A stretch of DNA of 64,000 nt from Ascidiella aspersa (Eukaryota). Shown piece after piece: positions 35,212-48,700 of this stretch; position 1 is the first letter of the stretch; each line of letters starts with the position of its first letter. The notes under the pieces were generated by a model, which was not told where the DNA came from, made no database searches, and saw nothing but the letters and a program-made list of their open reading frames with translations. The stretch spans positions 21,452,001 to 21,516,000 of the forward strand of contig OZ004609.1 in NCBI GenBank assembly GCA_963924565.1, written 5' to 3'. Position numbers and translations under genes: made by a program.

Positions 35212-36796
35212 GACTTTGGATTTGATTGGCAAGCGCATTTTGACTCTTCTTGTACGACAAAAGTTGAAGCTGCCATAAATACGGCAGTATAAAGCTAATA
35301 TTAAGCGTCTTATGTATCTTTTGTTTTTTATTTGTTTTTTACTGTTTTAAAATTAATGTGTTATTAGGCCGCAATTAACAAGGGTCATAACCTTCTAAAT
35401 TCAAGAATAAATTATGAGGGATCGATCGTCACACTACTTTTATTTATGATAGGAATCATCGCGTTTACTACGATTGAATTTCAGAAACGTATGCTATTCG
35501 GAAGAATGTTTCTGTGGTTATCATTATGCCCTTTTTGCAAAATATATCATTTGTTATGTACCGTCAAAAGATACTACTTTTGAAGAGGACAAAATACAGT
35601 GTTTCATTTCATCCGGAAAAAAATATTTTTTCAACTTTTTTTAGTTTTTTAAGATCCTTTTTTCGATTTAAAGACCCTAAAAACAATTGCAAATTTCTTT
35701 TTTTCTTAACTACTTGGTGCAATTATTAAGTGAGAATCGCCTGTAAATAATCTCAAAATTCGTCAGTTTGTAAATACTTTATAGCCTATACATATTAATA
35801 TTGCTAAGTTTACTTGGAAATATTAAAGCAATTTGGAGCCTTTTTAATCTTGATGATATCTCCCCAAGAAATTCGATTTTTACCTTTCTGTATTTCGTCG
35901 TATTTGACATAATCATTAAATGAATAATTGCATGCTGTACTCGTTATGCAATTTTCTAATAAAATTTGTAAATCTACTTGGTTTTGTTGTCTTGGCTTTT
36001 GCAGGCGTTAGACTTATTGCAAAGAATCTCATGTTTTTATTTAGTCTTTTATTCCTGGTGTGGTCAAAGCGAAAAGGCCCGTCAGTAACTGGAAGCAGCT
36101 ATAGCAAGCAAAAAGCATACTTTGATGATTGGTGAAAAACTTCGATAGAATACACGTAATTACAGTTTTTCAACGGTAACGTACATAAAATTTTCAAATG
36201 GTCCAAAGCACAAAATAATGTAGCATGGTATGTTCATCAAAGAAAACTTGAATTTTAGTCACCAAAGTTGGCGATAACTTTTTCATACAACACACCGACC
36301 AGAAGTAATCATAATAAAGAGACGACCAGCCGTAGACGAGTAAGTCCAGCTTACCGCCCCGGAAAATATTCAAAACGAATTACTATTTACAGTTAAAATT
36401 GCGAGCAAGACATATATTAGATACACTGCGCGTAATTAAGGTGTTTGTACACAATCACACAAGTAATAAGGGAACTTCTAACGGAGCAAAATACACGGAG
36501 CATTAAGATGGGAAATGCACACGACAAGAAAAAGCTGAAGCAATACACAGCAGAACGACCTCTACAAGCATTTTAAGTTGAAACAACATCACTTTGGAAA
36601 CAACCCCATTGTCCCGTTAAGGAAAATTGACGTCAACGTGGCTGTAAATAAATAAAGTCCATATTCCATTAAGAATTGTTTGTTCAACCCACTTCTCATT
36701 GGTCGAAACTAAGGCAAACTGAAACGAGCAGAAAAATGCCTTCAGTTAACTTTAATAAACAAAGGCGCGTGAACGCCAATACACAACGAGGCTCGT

Positions 36797-39700
36797 TTAA
36801 TCAGAAGCAATGTTCAGATGGTCAGGTACGGTGATGCCAGTGTTAATGGTCAGTGACTTGTTGCCCACAGAGAAGGCTGGTTTTAGCGGAAGCTTGAACG
36901 CTCCGGCTCTGAACGCGTGGAGTCGACAGCCGCTGGCCCCATCGAAAAACGAAAGAACCCCGGAATCAAAGTCAAGCAGGACGCCAATTTTCTTCGGAAA
37001 GTTTACAGGCATTTGTACGGGAATGTCCTTGCCGTCGTGCCGAACACTCCAGTCTTGATTTGACCTGAATTATTTGCAGGACGGTTTAGAAAAGCTATTA
37101 GGACCAAAATATTGGTTTTAAATTACTTAAAAATTACTTTAACGAAGCTTTACTTGATTAGAATTGTACCTGGCTGTAACGACGCCCATTTAAATCAGCG
37201 AAGCGGGCGTGAAGAAGCGAGCACTATGTACATTGCACAATGTACATGCGTAATAAAGCGCTCAAGTTTAGTATGTTACAGTGTTACAAATGTATCTACC
37301 TGCACAGACACCACGACAAGTTGTTTCGTCCTGTCCATTCGAACCTCGGCGCGTTGGTATAAGCCACACCAAGCGTAAACGAAGTGCTTTGGCAGACCAC
37401 GACCTGGATAGCAAAACAAACTTGATTTAAATACTACTTTAAACGACAGTAGTATAGCTAAAATCAGACCAGAGAGGTACACGTGATTTGAATGCTCATT
37501 TATACGTCAGTACTATATATCTAAAATCAGACCAGTGAGTACGAACAGTTTTCTACTAATGTTTTATTTTATTAAAAACTACCGCCTAAATATAACGTTG
37601 TTTCAATTTCATAGTACAGAAAATATTTTAAAGCTTAAAATCTTTTGTTTCTTTTGTTGACGCTGTTTTTTGACAGTGATCGTTAAAAGGAAACAGTGCA
37701 ATTACCTCCCAGTAGTGGCGTCCACCTTCGATGGCCACATTACCAGTGACACCGCAAAGCGACGAAGGCGATCCGTTGTCTTTTCCCTTCTTTCCCGAAT
37801 CGTCACGGGACACGGTGTAGCCGTGACTGGCAAGGCGCAGCTTCTTGTGCATATTGTGCGTGTCGAACGAAAACGGCATGCCTGTTAACATAGGACTGTT
37901 AGCGTACGCGTTACCAATAAATCAAGAAACGTTTAAGGTCAAATTTACCCTTTTTAAAACTTTAAAAAGACGTATGATATTGGATAAAAATTACACGCGT
38001 TTTTACTTTACAGTATGATTTATAATAGATTTCGCTGCATGCCAGACTAAGTTTCAGGGAAAAAATGTGCTGTGACTAATCAGTAAACTGTAACATGTTG
38101 TATTATATATTTTTTAGGTTCGTGTACTTTCTCGTTGTACTTACCAAGTGTTTTGATTGATACGAGTTCGCTTCGCGTAGCTCCGGCCTTATTGCGAGCT
38201 TTAACGGCGAACACGTAACGAGTGCCGGTTTGCATGCCGTGGATCGTGTAGTTGCAATCCTTGATGTTGGGTACGATCTAAAATTAACAATGAATGTTAC
38301 TTTAATTTTAAGAAGGGTGCAAATTGTTTCTAACAAAATAAGTATTCACACTAGGGATGTCTGATAATATAATATCGATTTTTGGAAATGAAATGCTAAG
38401 TGAAGTGCTAAGTAATGCCGAGTGATTGCTGAAACGTTTGTCAATAGCAAAATGTGTATGGTAATGGAACGGCTTGATTTCATTAAAATAACGGTATATT
38501 TAGGAACACTAAACACGGATCTGTTGATTATCTTCAGTATAACGGTATAGTTTTGGTTAATTATAATAATGAACAGCCCATTCATTAGTAGACATAGAAC
38601 TCGCAATATATAGTTGGTCGAACAAAGCGATAGGAAAATGCATGAATTACCAACTATTCACCAAGGCGAAAAAATAAATTTAACCAAGTTGTGGCGCTAT
38701 AATTTAAGTTGTGGCGCTCTAATTTTATCACAAGACAGGATAAATGGTCAGTTTTTTTAGATATAGCGAAGAATAGAAGTTGTTTTGTTTTGTTCGTACC
38801 ATCCATCCGTCCGGCGGCGATTCGTGCATCGACCACTTGTCGTCGATAGCGTACTGGAGTTCGTAGGATTCAGTGTGCCGATGATCGTTCGACCTCCACT
38901 GCACCGTGACCTTGTCGTGTGACTGCGTGCACAGCTCTTCGCAGATGCGTGGAGTTGCCGGCGCTGCAATTAAAGAAGAACGGTTAGACTTTCGATTACA
39001 AGACTGCGTTGTAACACTTAAGGTCTGCTTGGTGTATTTACTACCAAAGTGGCATGCGACATTTCTCCAGTTTAATATCAACTTCGAAAACACTGTAGTC
39101 AAAATTTAGTGACATTTTACAAACCTAATTTGCATGACTCATTTTGAAGTAACAATCCACATAGTGCGACTGTCAGCTTGGAAGGCATTTTCCTGACGAA
39201 AGGCTTTTTACCAAGTATGCAACAGGGATCATAAAATTAGGTTGCTTTAGGTGAAGCGGTTAGAGGTATGTTTAGAGAGTTTAACAACCTTTGTAATAGT
39301 AGTTAAATACAACGGCGATGGGTACAACGTGTTTGCCTGCAAGGAAATGCCTTTCATTAGTGGATTTAAGCATTCCCGAGCTATCCAAAAACGCAGGGCA
39401 GAATTTTTACAAGCACAAAATCCCTTGGATTGGACACTCCGCACGTGCGCCGCCAATACGAACATGAAGCCCTTTCGCGTCGTTTCAACGCCGGTTCCCA
39501 TGAAGTCTACCATATAGACAAATCTGGTTTTGACGTCCTCACAAAGTGGAATCTACGAGCGAATCGCTTTGACGTGTACATGCGATTGGTTTGGGAATGC
39601 CGGGTCATCTTCGCAGGTGCGCTGCGGTGTTCCTACCGGGGCCTCGGCCTTGCGTCAATACAAAGCAAACCGCCCGTGACTGACGAAAGCCGCACATGAG

Positions 39701-42700
39701 AGAGACGGGCGAGTGAGCATTGCTACGAACTGTAAGGCATACCCCCAAAAGTCCCGCCTTTCGGGGAGATATTCTGTTCACTTCCACATTCCTTTTTCGC
39801 ATATTTGGCGTATAACTGCAACGGCGCAGCCCAACAGGAGATTCGGGCGTGATTATGTATTCGTCAATGATAGCGCAACACCGGTTTCGTGTTTTCGAAA
39901 GGCAAACAATGCCACAGGATTTGAAAGTGATTGGGTGGATGTGTGTTAAGCCAACATAAAAAGCAGAAATAATATCATAATTGGTACGAAACGGATTGTT
40001 TTTGACCCAATTGATGCCTTTAAAGGCCGAGTTACCGTTTGGTTGCGGAAGAATTTAATTTTCGGGAGCAATTTTTATCTTAACTCATTTCAAAACCAAG
40101 GGTTTGCCGGGTGAAGGGGTGAAGTGGTCGTCGTCAACAATGCGAGGCGACGGCAAACAAAGGGTTGTATATACAAGGCTAGTGTTGGTGTGCGGAAATG
40201 CGACAGAGCCGATGAGCGTGAAAAGGCTTGCGGTCGTCGTGAGCCCAACCCCATTCAAGTGAAAAACAAACCAGGTCTTTATAAGGTAGAGGTGAAACAC
40301 CGAAGGTCACTGGCGTCGCGTTACACCGAAAAGCCTCCTCGCAATTCACGACCCTAAACAATCCTTTCGAGCGCGCTGGTTGCTAGGGTCGGTACTGGGG
40401 TAAACTTTAAAATTCGGCTGCACCCTGTGACCGCATTGGCGTAAACACTAACTTTGTCGGTAACCTTGAGTTTAAAGGCAAAACCGTGACGAAAATAAAA
40501 ATAAGCAAACCAGCAGGTGGATATACAACAAGATAAAAAGCTAGCCAAGAAATTGATTTTGAGAACTTTAAGGCTAAGATAGAGCGCATATATGATGTAT
40601 ATTTTATTATGTGAAGTACCACTTGCAAAGCAAGCTCTTATCGCTGGCTTTCTATCAAATTCTAAATTGGAGGAATTTGTTTACTAAAATACCTGAGGTT
40701 CAAATTAGACCTATAGCCTAAAAAAGGCCAAAACTGAAGTTTGTTTTCGTCAACCTTATTAGTCGTGGTCCTTGCTTGCAATACAAACACCTTGGTATGC
40801 ATAGACTTTGCACAGCCGCCTGCATTGTAAGACAAGATATAACGTTGTGTGGCGGTGGCGGCTAATGACAATTATCCGAGAGAAACGACCCTCTCGCGAC
40901 CAACACTTAATTCTCAGCTTTAGGTTCTGAAAAGCCACGCATGTACTGATATAAGGAAGCATGGAATCGAAGAGCGCGGTTAATACGCCATAAGCTTCGA
41001 GGCGCGCGAGTTGTTTATTTCTTTGCCCGTGCGAAGCTGTAAAGCGGATTTGGGCGCGATCGTACATGTCATAAGGCAGCGCCAAAGCGAAGGCATATAA
41101 GCCGGCCCGGAGTCACACAAATTACTAATTTGTTGCTCGCGCCAACTAATTTGCGTCGAAAACAACAACGCGTCGCTTCTTCTCTCGCTGACGCTGCCGC
41201 CGAGGATCAACATATCTGCTGAACGGAACTGAGCGAATTTTTGCAGCGCTTTCCCCCACGGCCGCGGTCGTGTCCCGTCTGAGTGATGGCCGTTACAATT
41301 AAGAGATTTAGATTAAGTGCCGCTGCGAAGGTTTATTTACCGGCACCGCTGTTTGTGCCGATCCGAGCTATTTCGGGCCGACTCGGAACTTACGGGCTCG
41401 ATTCGACCGCTAGTTGACCTACCGACGACTTAAGTTCCGAGGCTGGGCGGACACAAAAATTCGATTGTGTTTGCCAAGGCTATCGTTGCCAAAATATCCA
41501 ACAGCCTAAACAGAAGCATTACCTACGTGGTAAAAAGGCTAGAATTTTTTAGAAGGGTTATGTGCAAAAGGCGACATATCTTCCAGGGTGGTGTATCCCT
41601 TGAGGAATGCCGGCTTACTTAAAGAACATTCAAATACATGCATAATGAGTTTTTTAGAAAAACAACACAGTTCAACATGCTGCCACTTAACACTTGTTAA
41701 AATTTGTACTTCATAATCATTACATTGACATTAACCAGATAATTCCAAATAAACTAACATACATCTTTTGAGCTGCTGTAGAATGTTTTTGAAAAACATG
41801 ACATCACCGCATTCATTCGCATTTCAAGAAACTCATTTGGAGGAAATTCCATCAGGGCCCATTGTGTAAAGGCCCCACCTCCCCTCCCTACCCCAGCGGT
41901 GCGAGCCAGACGTGCTATTTCGGCCGGGACGCTTTGAAATAATAATGGTTTTCCCTTTTCCTGCGCACTTGACCCGCGACAAGGGTAAAAGGCGGGCGAA
42001 TTTCGAGCCAAAATATTTCCGCACACCCGCTCTCAAAAGGGTCGCATCCTGTCGCGGGCGAAACAGAACACGTCGCGAGTAACGCGTATCGCCTGGAACA
42101 ACACCGGACCCCGGACTTCGACGCACAAAAGACCGTGTTTTAAATGCCCGCCCGATACGAGAGTACCTGTTGCATTAGTCGACAAGCGGAATTCACTGGA
42201 TACACCCCATAACAATGATATACGTCATTCATACGAGGCGCGGGATTATTATAGCGGTAAGAGCAGAGTTTAGAAATGAGAACGACCCAATATTTCACTT
42301 GGTGTTTAGAAATGGTTATCGCAAAGTTAAAATTGCTTTATGGTTAAGCCAAAAAAATCGAAAAGTTGTTCACCCTAAATCAACCTAACAAACTCATACC
42401 ATGATTGCGTTTGAAAGGCAATGAAATATCTAGGTTGTCAAATCATTAGTGAAACATCAAAGTCAGTGCGAAAAACTATATTTATATCAAAGCCCATGTA
42501 GAAGTAGGTATCATTTTAAAGTTTCGAATAACCCTTTATGCATTTAGGATATTGAAAATGAATAAAGAGTTATACGAAACGTTCAAAATGATACCTACTT
42601 CTATATGGGCTTTGATATTCTTATTACGTCTTACTAAACAACATCCAACTATTATTCTCAAAAGTATATTTATATCGAATAATGATAAAACGCTTGCTTT

Positions 42701-45700
42701 AAAGCGCCTTCGGCCTTTAATCGAATCGAGAAAAAACAGCGCGAAAATATAATAATAATATGAGTAGGGATAACGAGGGCGCGCAATTTTCGAACAAAAG
42801 ACCCCAAACGGCAACTGTTGAAACGCGAGTGTTGAAACTGCTCAGTGACGGGGCGTAGGCGACACTCTGTTTGCGCACGACCCGTATCCTGTTCTGTCGT
42901 CGCGAAACAGGTGATGCCTTCGTCGACAAGAGCGCCGATACAACGGGGAACTGAGAGCTGCGGTATCTGCTGAGTGTCTCGGAATCCGCCTGCCTTTGTT
43001 CGCCCGGGATGGCCGACAGACATGACTCGACAGCGTTTCATTACAGCGGGCCGCACACCAAAAAGCTCGATGGTGCGATAATATTCAAGGGTTTACATGA
43101 GCACTTTAAAGCGCGAAGCTACTTTTTGGCTTTGATGAAACCCTTGAAAATGCAGGTTACATTGCAGCTTTAAAATTCGCTCTCTTTGCAAGTTTTGGCG
43201 CATTTTTCGCGTTGAGGGACATTTATGCTGGTTTAGAGTAGCCTAAAATTATACATGTTGCAATTTAGGCCTAGTGAGACATACTGACCTTCAAGAATGT
43301 CCAGCTTTTCCAGAAGGGCTTTTTCCTGCGCAAAGTCAAGAAAGAATCCGGGCGGATTGAGTTCAACAGCTTGAGCGCTCACCTCGTTGGCCGAGTTGCG
43401 TGCTTGGCTTATCCTGACGCAAAACATGAAAAGTTGAAGATTTTAAATATATAAACGCACACTAAACAACATAAAATTTAGACGAAACTGACGTTCTTTT
43501 CGTAAATCTTGTCAACATTTGCCATGTTTAAATGTAGCTTAAGTATTGGAACGTGAGTTTATTATACATAAAGTAAGATCGTTAAAAAATAAGATAACTT
43601 TTATTGCTTGGTACAAAAACAATGTTTGTGTATATCTACGATATAAAATTTACAACAGGAAATCAAAATGCTCACCTTTCGGATGTTGCCTTTGCATTCT
43701 GAAATAAAATATAAGGGATTATAATCCATATAATTGTAAGGCATTGCCCATATACCAGTAATGACTATGGTAAAATTGTTATAACGCGACGCTCGAAATC
43801 CGTAAACTCGTGCGTCACATTCATTGTGTCTCGGATCCATACACGTAAATAATGCGCAACCATGATCCGAAAATAACTGGACGCTCCCGGTGCGGGACAA
43901 TTACAAATGTCGCTCAATCGCCTTCAGGCAGGCTCGCCAGCGATTTTAAGTGCCCCCGTTGCCTCGACGGCCTTTTCTCCCCTCGACCGGGGGAGGGGGA
44001 GGGAGGCAAAAGTAACCCAATAGCCCCAGGCCATCTGTCACGTGCTCGAGAACAGCGCATTAGCGGGCGACGGCCAAGCACTCACTGTCAATCGTCCGGA
44101 AACGTCGAAGTTTAACGCGAAAGCGAGGAAGAAGGCCCAGCGGCTGGCCCCTGGCCCCGCCCGGTTACTTGGCAAAGTCAGTCTCATCCCGCTTGCTTGT
44201 CAGTGCGCAACGCGCAATTAGTTGTATCGCTCTGCCCCTCAAAATCATGCTGCAGCAACCCCGCGGCTTTTGTGTGCAAGCGGACACGGGCCCTTGAGTG
44301 CGGTATGGCGTCGATTTGGCTCCTGCTGAAGCTACTGTGTATCCAAGGAGTTACGCGGTTCAAGGCAAAACAGATAACGTCTGCCCGTTCTTGTTTCAGA
44401 ATGCAAGAGAATTTTATCTTGAACGTTTTCTACAAGCTTAGCGGCACTGCAAACGAGAGTTGACAACTTGCATTGCATTGTTTATCATCTACTTCAAAGG
44501 AAAGTCACGAGAAAATGTTTAAATCTAATTAGTAATTTCATGGTAAAAAATATAAAATTTTGACGGATTACTTTTCACAAAATCATATTTAATTAGTTTC
44601 GTTGTTTGATAGAAAATTCAAGAATTTTTTATTCGCCGTGCATCTAACGCCTCTTTAAAAAAATGCCAGGAATGCAATGCAACGCAGCCGCATTGTCTGC
44701 AGTTTCCTGCGAAGGCTAAAAACTGCCTTTTCCCGACGAGTTTGACTTACGCTAAACCTCTTAGAATTACATTATGAGGAGAAATTGGCACCACTGCTTA
44801 AAGCGTTTTTATGGAAAGAGAAACGCGGTCGCTAAAACCGATTTAAAGATTGAAAGCACAAGTCTAAAATCGCAGTAAAATCACTTTACAGCATCCAAGT
44901 TTACTAATCTATTTAGCATTGATGCCGCGAAAAGGCGATTGCGCCATTAAAATGAGGTAATGCGCGTCTTCTCCGGGCGATCTATCATCGAAATGTCGCA
45001 CGTGACAATCGCGGTAAAAATCGGCGACGCCACAAATGCAATAAGAAATGACGCGCGGTCGCATTGAAAAGCGACCTGACGTTGCTCTTGGCACGCTGTT
45101 GTATCAGCCCATCGTATAATCCATCATTTGAACAATTGCGAGGTATTCGGGGTAGCAAATTTCGAACAATGTATATGCACTGCTATGCACACACAAATAG
45201 AAACACTGGAAGGCGATACAATGTTGCGTCATAAACGGAATTTATTTGTGGAAAATTGGGCAATAAAAAATACGGTAATAGTGTAAAAGTGGAAAATGTG
45301 CGACCATGCAAGTTGTCTGCATTTTTATAGTTTTTCTATCTAGACTATACTATCGCAAGAATATAGCAAAAAAATTATGCATGCCCAAAAATGGATAAAA
45401 GCTAAAGTCGGTCAAAAAAAAGATGTCGAGAGTAATAAAAGTGGCCTGTTGTAGACCTGGACGTGATACACCACACTGACGTCACGTGTTATCCGCGCGA
45501 CGGTGAAACACGCCAATTTCGCATCAAAACATATTTATTCCCCTTCGCGTACACGCCTGAAGCCTAAAGTGGCCCTAATAAAGATATATTTGCTTTAAGC
45601 AAAAATGTGAAAAGTCGGAGTTTCAAAACACAGCTGTGTAATCGAATGTTTGTTTGTGGAAATTGTACCTTAAGGAAAAGAGCGGAGTTTTGGTCCAGGC

Positions 45701-48700
45701 GACTGGTTTCCACCGCGCCGTTGATGGCCGATTCCATGTTTTCCAGGCACTGCTTTCCCGCCTGTAAGCTCTGGGTAAACTTGCGAATTCTGTTGGACTA
45801 CAAAAAACAAAACAATTCTGATAAACTAAAGACAAACCAAATGGAATATTATTTAATACTACACTAAATTTTACATAATTAGCGTCAAGTTTAGCTGTTT
45901 AATAATACGACATAAAATATTTGAGCAGCACGAACAAATCCTTAAACTTTTCTCTCAGAAGACACATTAAATAAACGTCTTATTCCTTAACGCCCTGTTC
46001 GTCTTAGGTCAACTTCGTCAAAGGGCTTAGTCTGTTTCGACACAAGACAACATTTTGTTTGCGAGATCAACCACTTGCTTTACCAGGGCCTAAAAAAAGG
46101 GGCGCACAACATGTCCTGGGAATCCCGTTCTCATTAACGGCGGGATTTCAAGCGCCAAGTGATTTAACTGGAATTGGATTGTTTGTCGTTAGTCGCCGAT
46201 GATCGACTGCTTAGAGGTGATTGTGGTGTTCTGTTATGCTGGCGCAGATTAAAGGTTTCAGGCTGTTGACAGTGGCCGCGATTTTCCGGAAAGCGCTCGT
46301 CTTTATACGTATGTATACAAGTGTTGTCTCCCTCCCAATAACCGAAGAAAAACAGTTGTTAACCGCTCTTTAAACGCAGTCTGAAGGCTGGACGTTCGAT
46401 GGATGAACGTAGGGAGAACGTGTCAGGTCATGCATTTTACGTCGACATAAAAACAAGGCTGACGCCACAAAGAGCCGAGATTTACTTTTTATACCACCAG
46501 GATTATTGGCTTCAGACATATGTGAGCCGATTTTCGGTTTGGGCCTGTTTCACACGTTAAGCAACAATTTATTCTTGTATATATAGTGCAACCGATGATG
46601 GATGTTGCGGTAGGAATTCAACGCTGCAGTTTATTAAGCGGCATTTCCCGACTTTAGATTAATGTGTCTTTAGCTATTTATCGTTATAACATTAATCCGA
46701 TCGAGAAGTTATTTGAATAAACACTATACCTTCGTTGACATTATTTCAAGTTTCGCCTAAAATATATCCACATACTAAGGGAATAACAAAGGACATTTTT
46801 GTAACTACGGCGTCAGCAACTTTCACCAACAACAGTTAACTATAATAACAAAACTGCTCTCGAATGACGTGTCAGCCAAGGCTATAGTCTTCGGCAGATT
46901 GACGCGCGAATGTTTCTTGCGTCATGGCGGTTTTCGCGAAGGTTAAAATCGGTCGCGCGTGATTTGCGCCCAGTAGTCCATGAGGAATGCCAGGCTGATA
47001 CATATCATTTCGCAGCATAAAATAACCTGCTTGGAGCTCAAAAAAGCAATTTATAAATTTAATGACCTTATGGATAAAATAATAATTAAAGGAAGGGTCT
47101 TACAAATGCTTAAACCTTCTTGCGTCTTCTAGCATTTCGCTTTGACAAGGTGCAAAACTTGGCACAAACAGAAAACTTTACACGTAAACTTTACACGCAC
47201 AAACAGAAAACTTTACACGTTCTCGAACAGCTTTAATCGTGAGGAGGTTCGCTCTGTTAAACAGACTGCGCACGCAACGAGCTAAACATATAAAACCTAC
47301 CGCTCGGTAATTGCCCAATCGTGGTGCTGATTCACCTGGATGCGGCTCTAAAGTAGATGCGACGGCGCGTTTTGGTACTCGTTCTCGATACGCAGCTTAG
47401 CCCGTAAATTTGCGTCCTAAAGAGTGTCGCATGCCGCTCTGCTATGTTGTTTACTTTGTTCTAACTCGACATGACCCAACGGTGTCTTGAGTTTTACGAG
47501 GGCGTATTTTTAAAACAAAAATAACCCGTTAAAATTATGTCGTATGAATGACCTGATAATAAACCAATTTAGAGTGGAGTTCCATATATTGCGCCACGAA
47601 AAGCAAGACCGTTCCGCCAACGCCAACGCGAATTCAAGCGGTAAAACAAACAGCAATGCGTAGGTAGCAGGTTGCCGTGCGGTCTTGCAGGATACGGTAA
47701 GTGCTGGTGAAAGCGAAAACAAACCCAGGCCGAGAGCATTCGTTCGGTCAAGAACGCAAAAAAGGTTGCGCCCTTGAAAACCACACACGGACAAAAAAAC
47801 GAAGATTTCAGAACGTTGAAGTCATTGTCACTGATCAGCAGAAAACGAGTGTCAAATGGCGTGACCCGAAAAACACTCGCGAGACATCCACGACCCGTGC
47901 ACCTGTTTCTACTGCCAAGCTATAAAGTTTCGAGTATTTTGTGTTTCGAAAGGTAAACAATTCACGGAGGCTTATAGAGAGGCAAAATAGCTTTGGTAAT
48001 TAACCGTGTTAGTTTTAGCACGCACCTTTTAAATAACAGTGAACGGGATCGTTGTAAATGCTTTGACGTATGAATTGCTTTAGTGCAACTGTCAGTCGAG
48101 TCAAGGGTGAATATATTGCCAGTTACACTCGCGTCAATATTGACAGGCGATTCGGTATAGTGTTGACATGATTAGGGGTGAATCAAGTGGCTGTGTTTAT
48201 ATTCTCCAAACAATTGTATGCTCAAAAAAACAAAAAGAGCACGAAAACAGCTTTACTTTTCTACACGCAACGTCGAAGATATTTTATTTGCCATATCTTA
48301 CCTTGGTTTCCTTTATCTTGCTGGAGATCGCCTCTTTTCGCTCCTGCACAATACGCATCAGGGACTCGCACTCGGCGACCAGTTTCGCCTCCTGGGCGGA
48401 CGCGTTGTCCTGGAACACAAATTCGTCCGGTTTTAAACGCTATAAACGCGCGCTATTTACCTGTTTACATTCCGCCGCCCTTTCCTATAGAAGCCGTTGT
48501 CGGCCGGGTGCTGTATATATGTTTGCAGACAAGCGGACGAAAGCGCATCGCACCTGCTAGCCTTTTGCTGTGGAGGTAAAGTAGGTCACGACCTCGCTCT
48601 TAGGTGAGATTACATGGCCTTTTAAAAATATACAGCTTCTTGCTTTATAATTTATATTATTTAGTACCGTTTTTCTCCTGCACTTTCACTTCCAAGTAAG

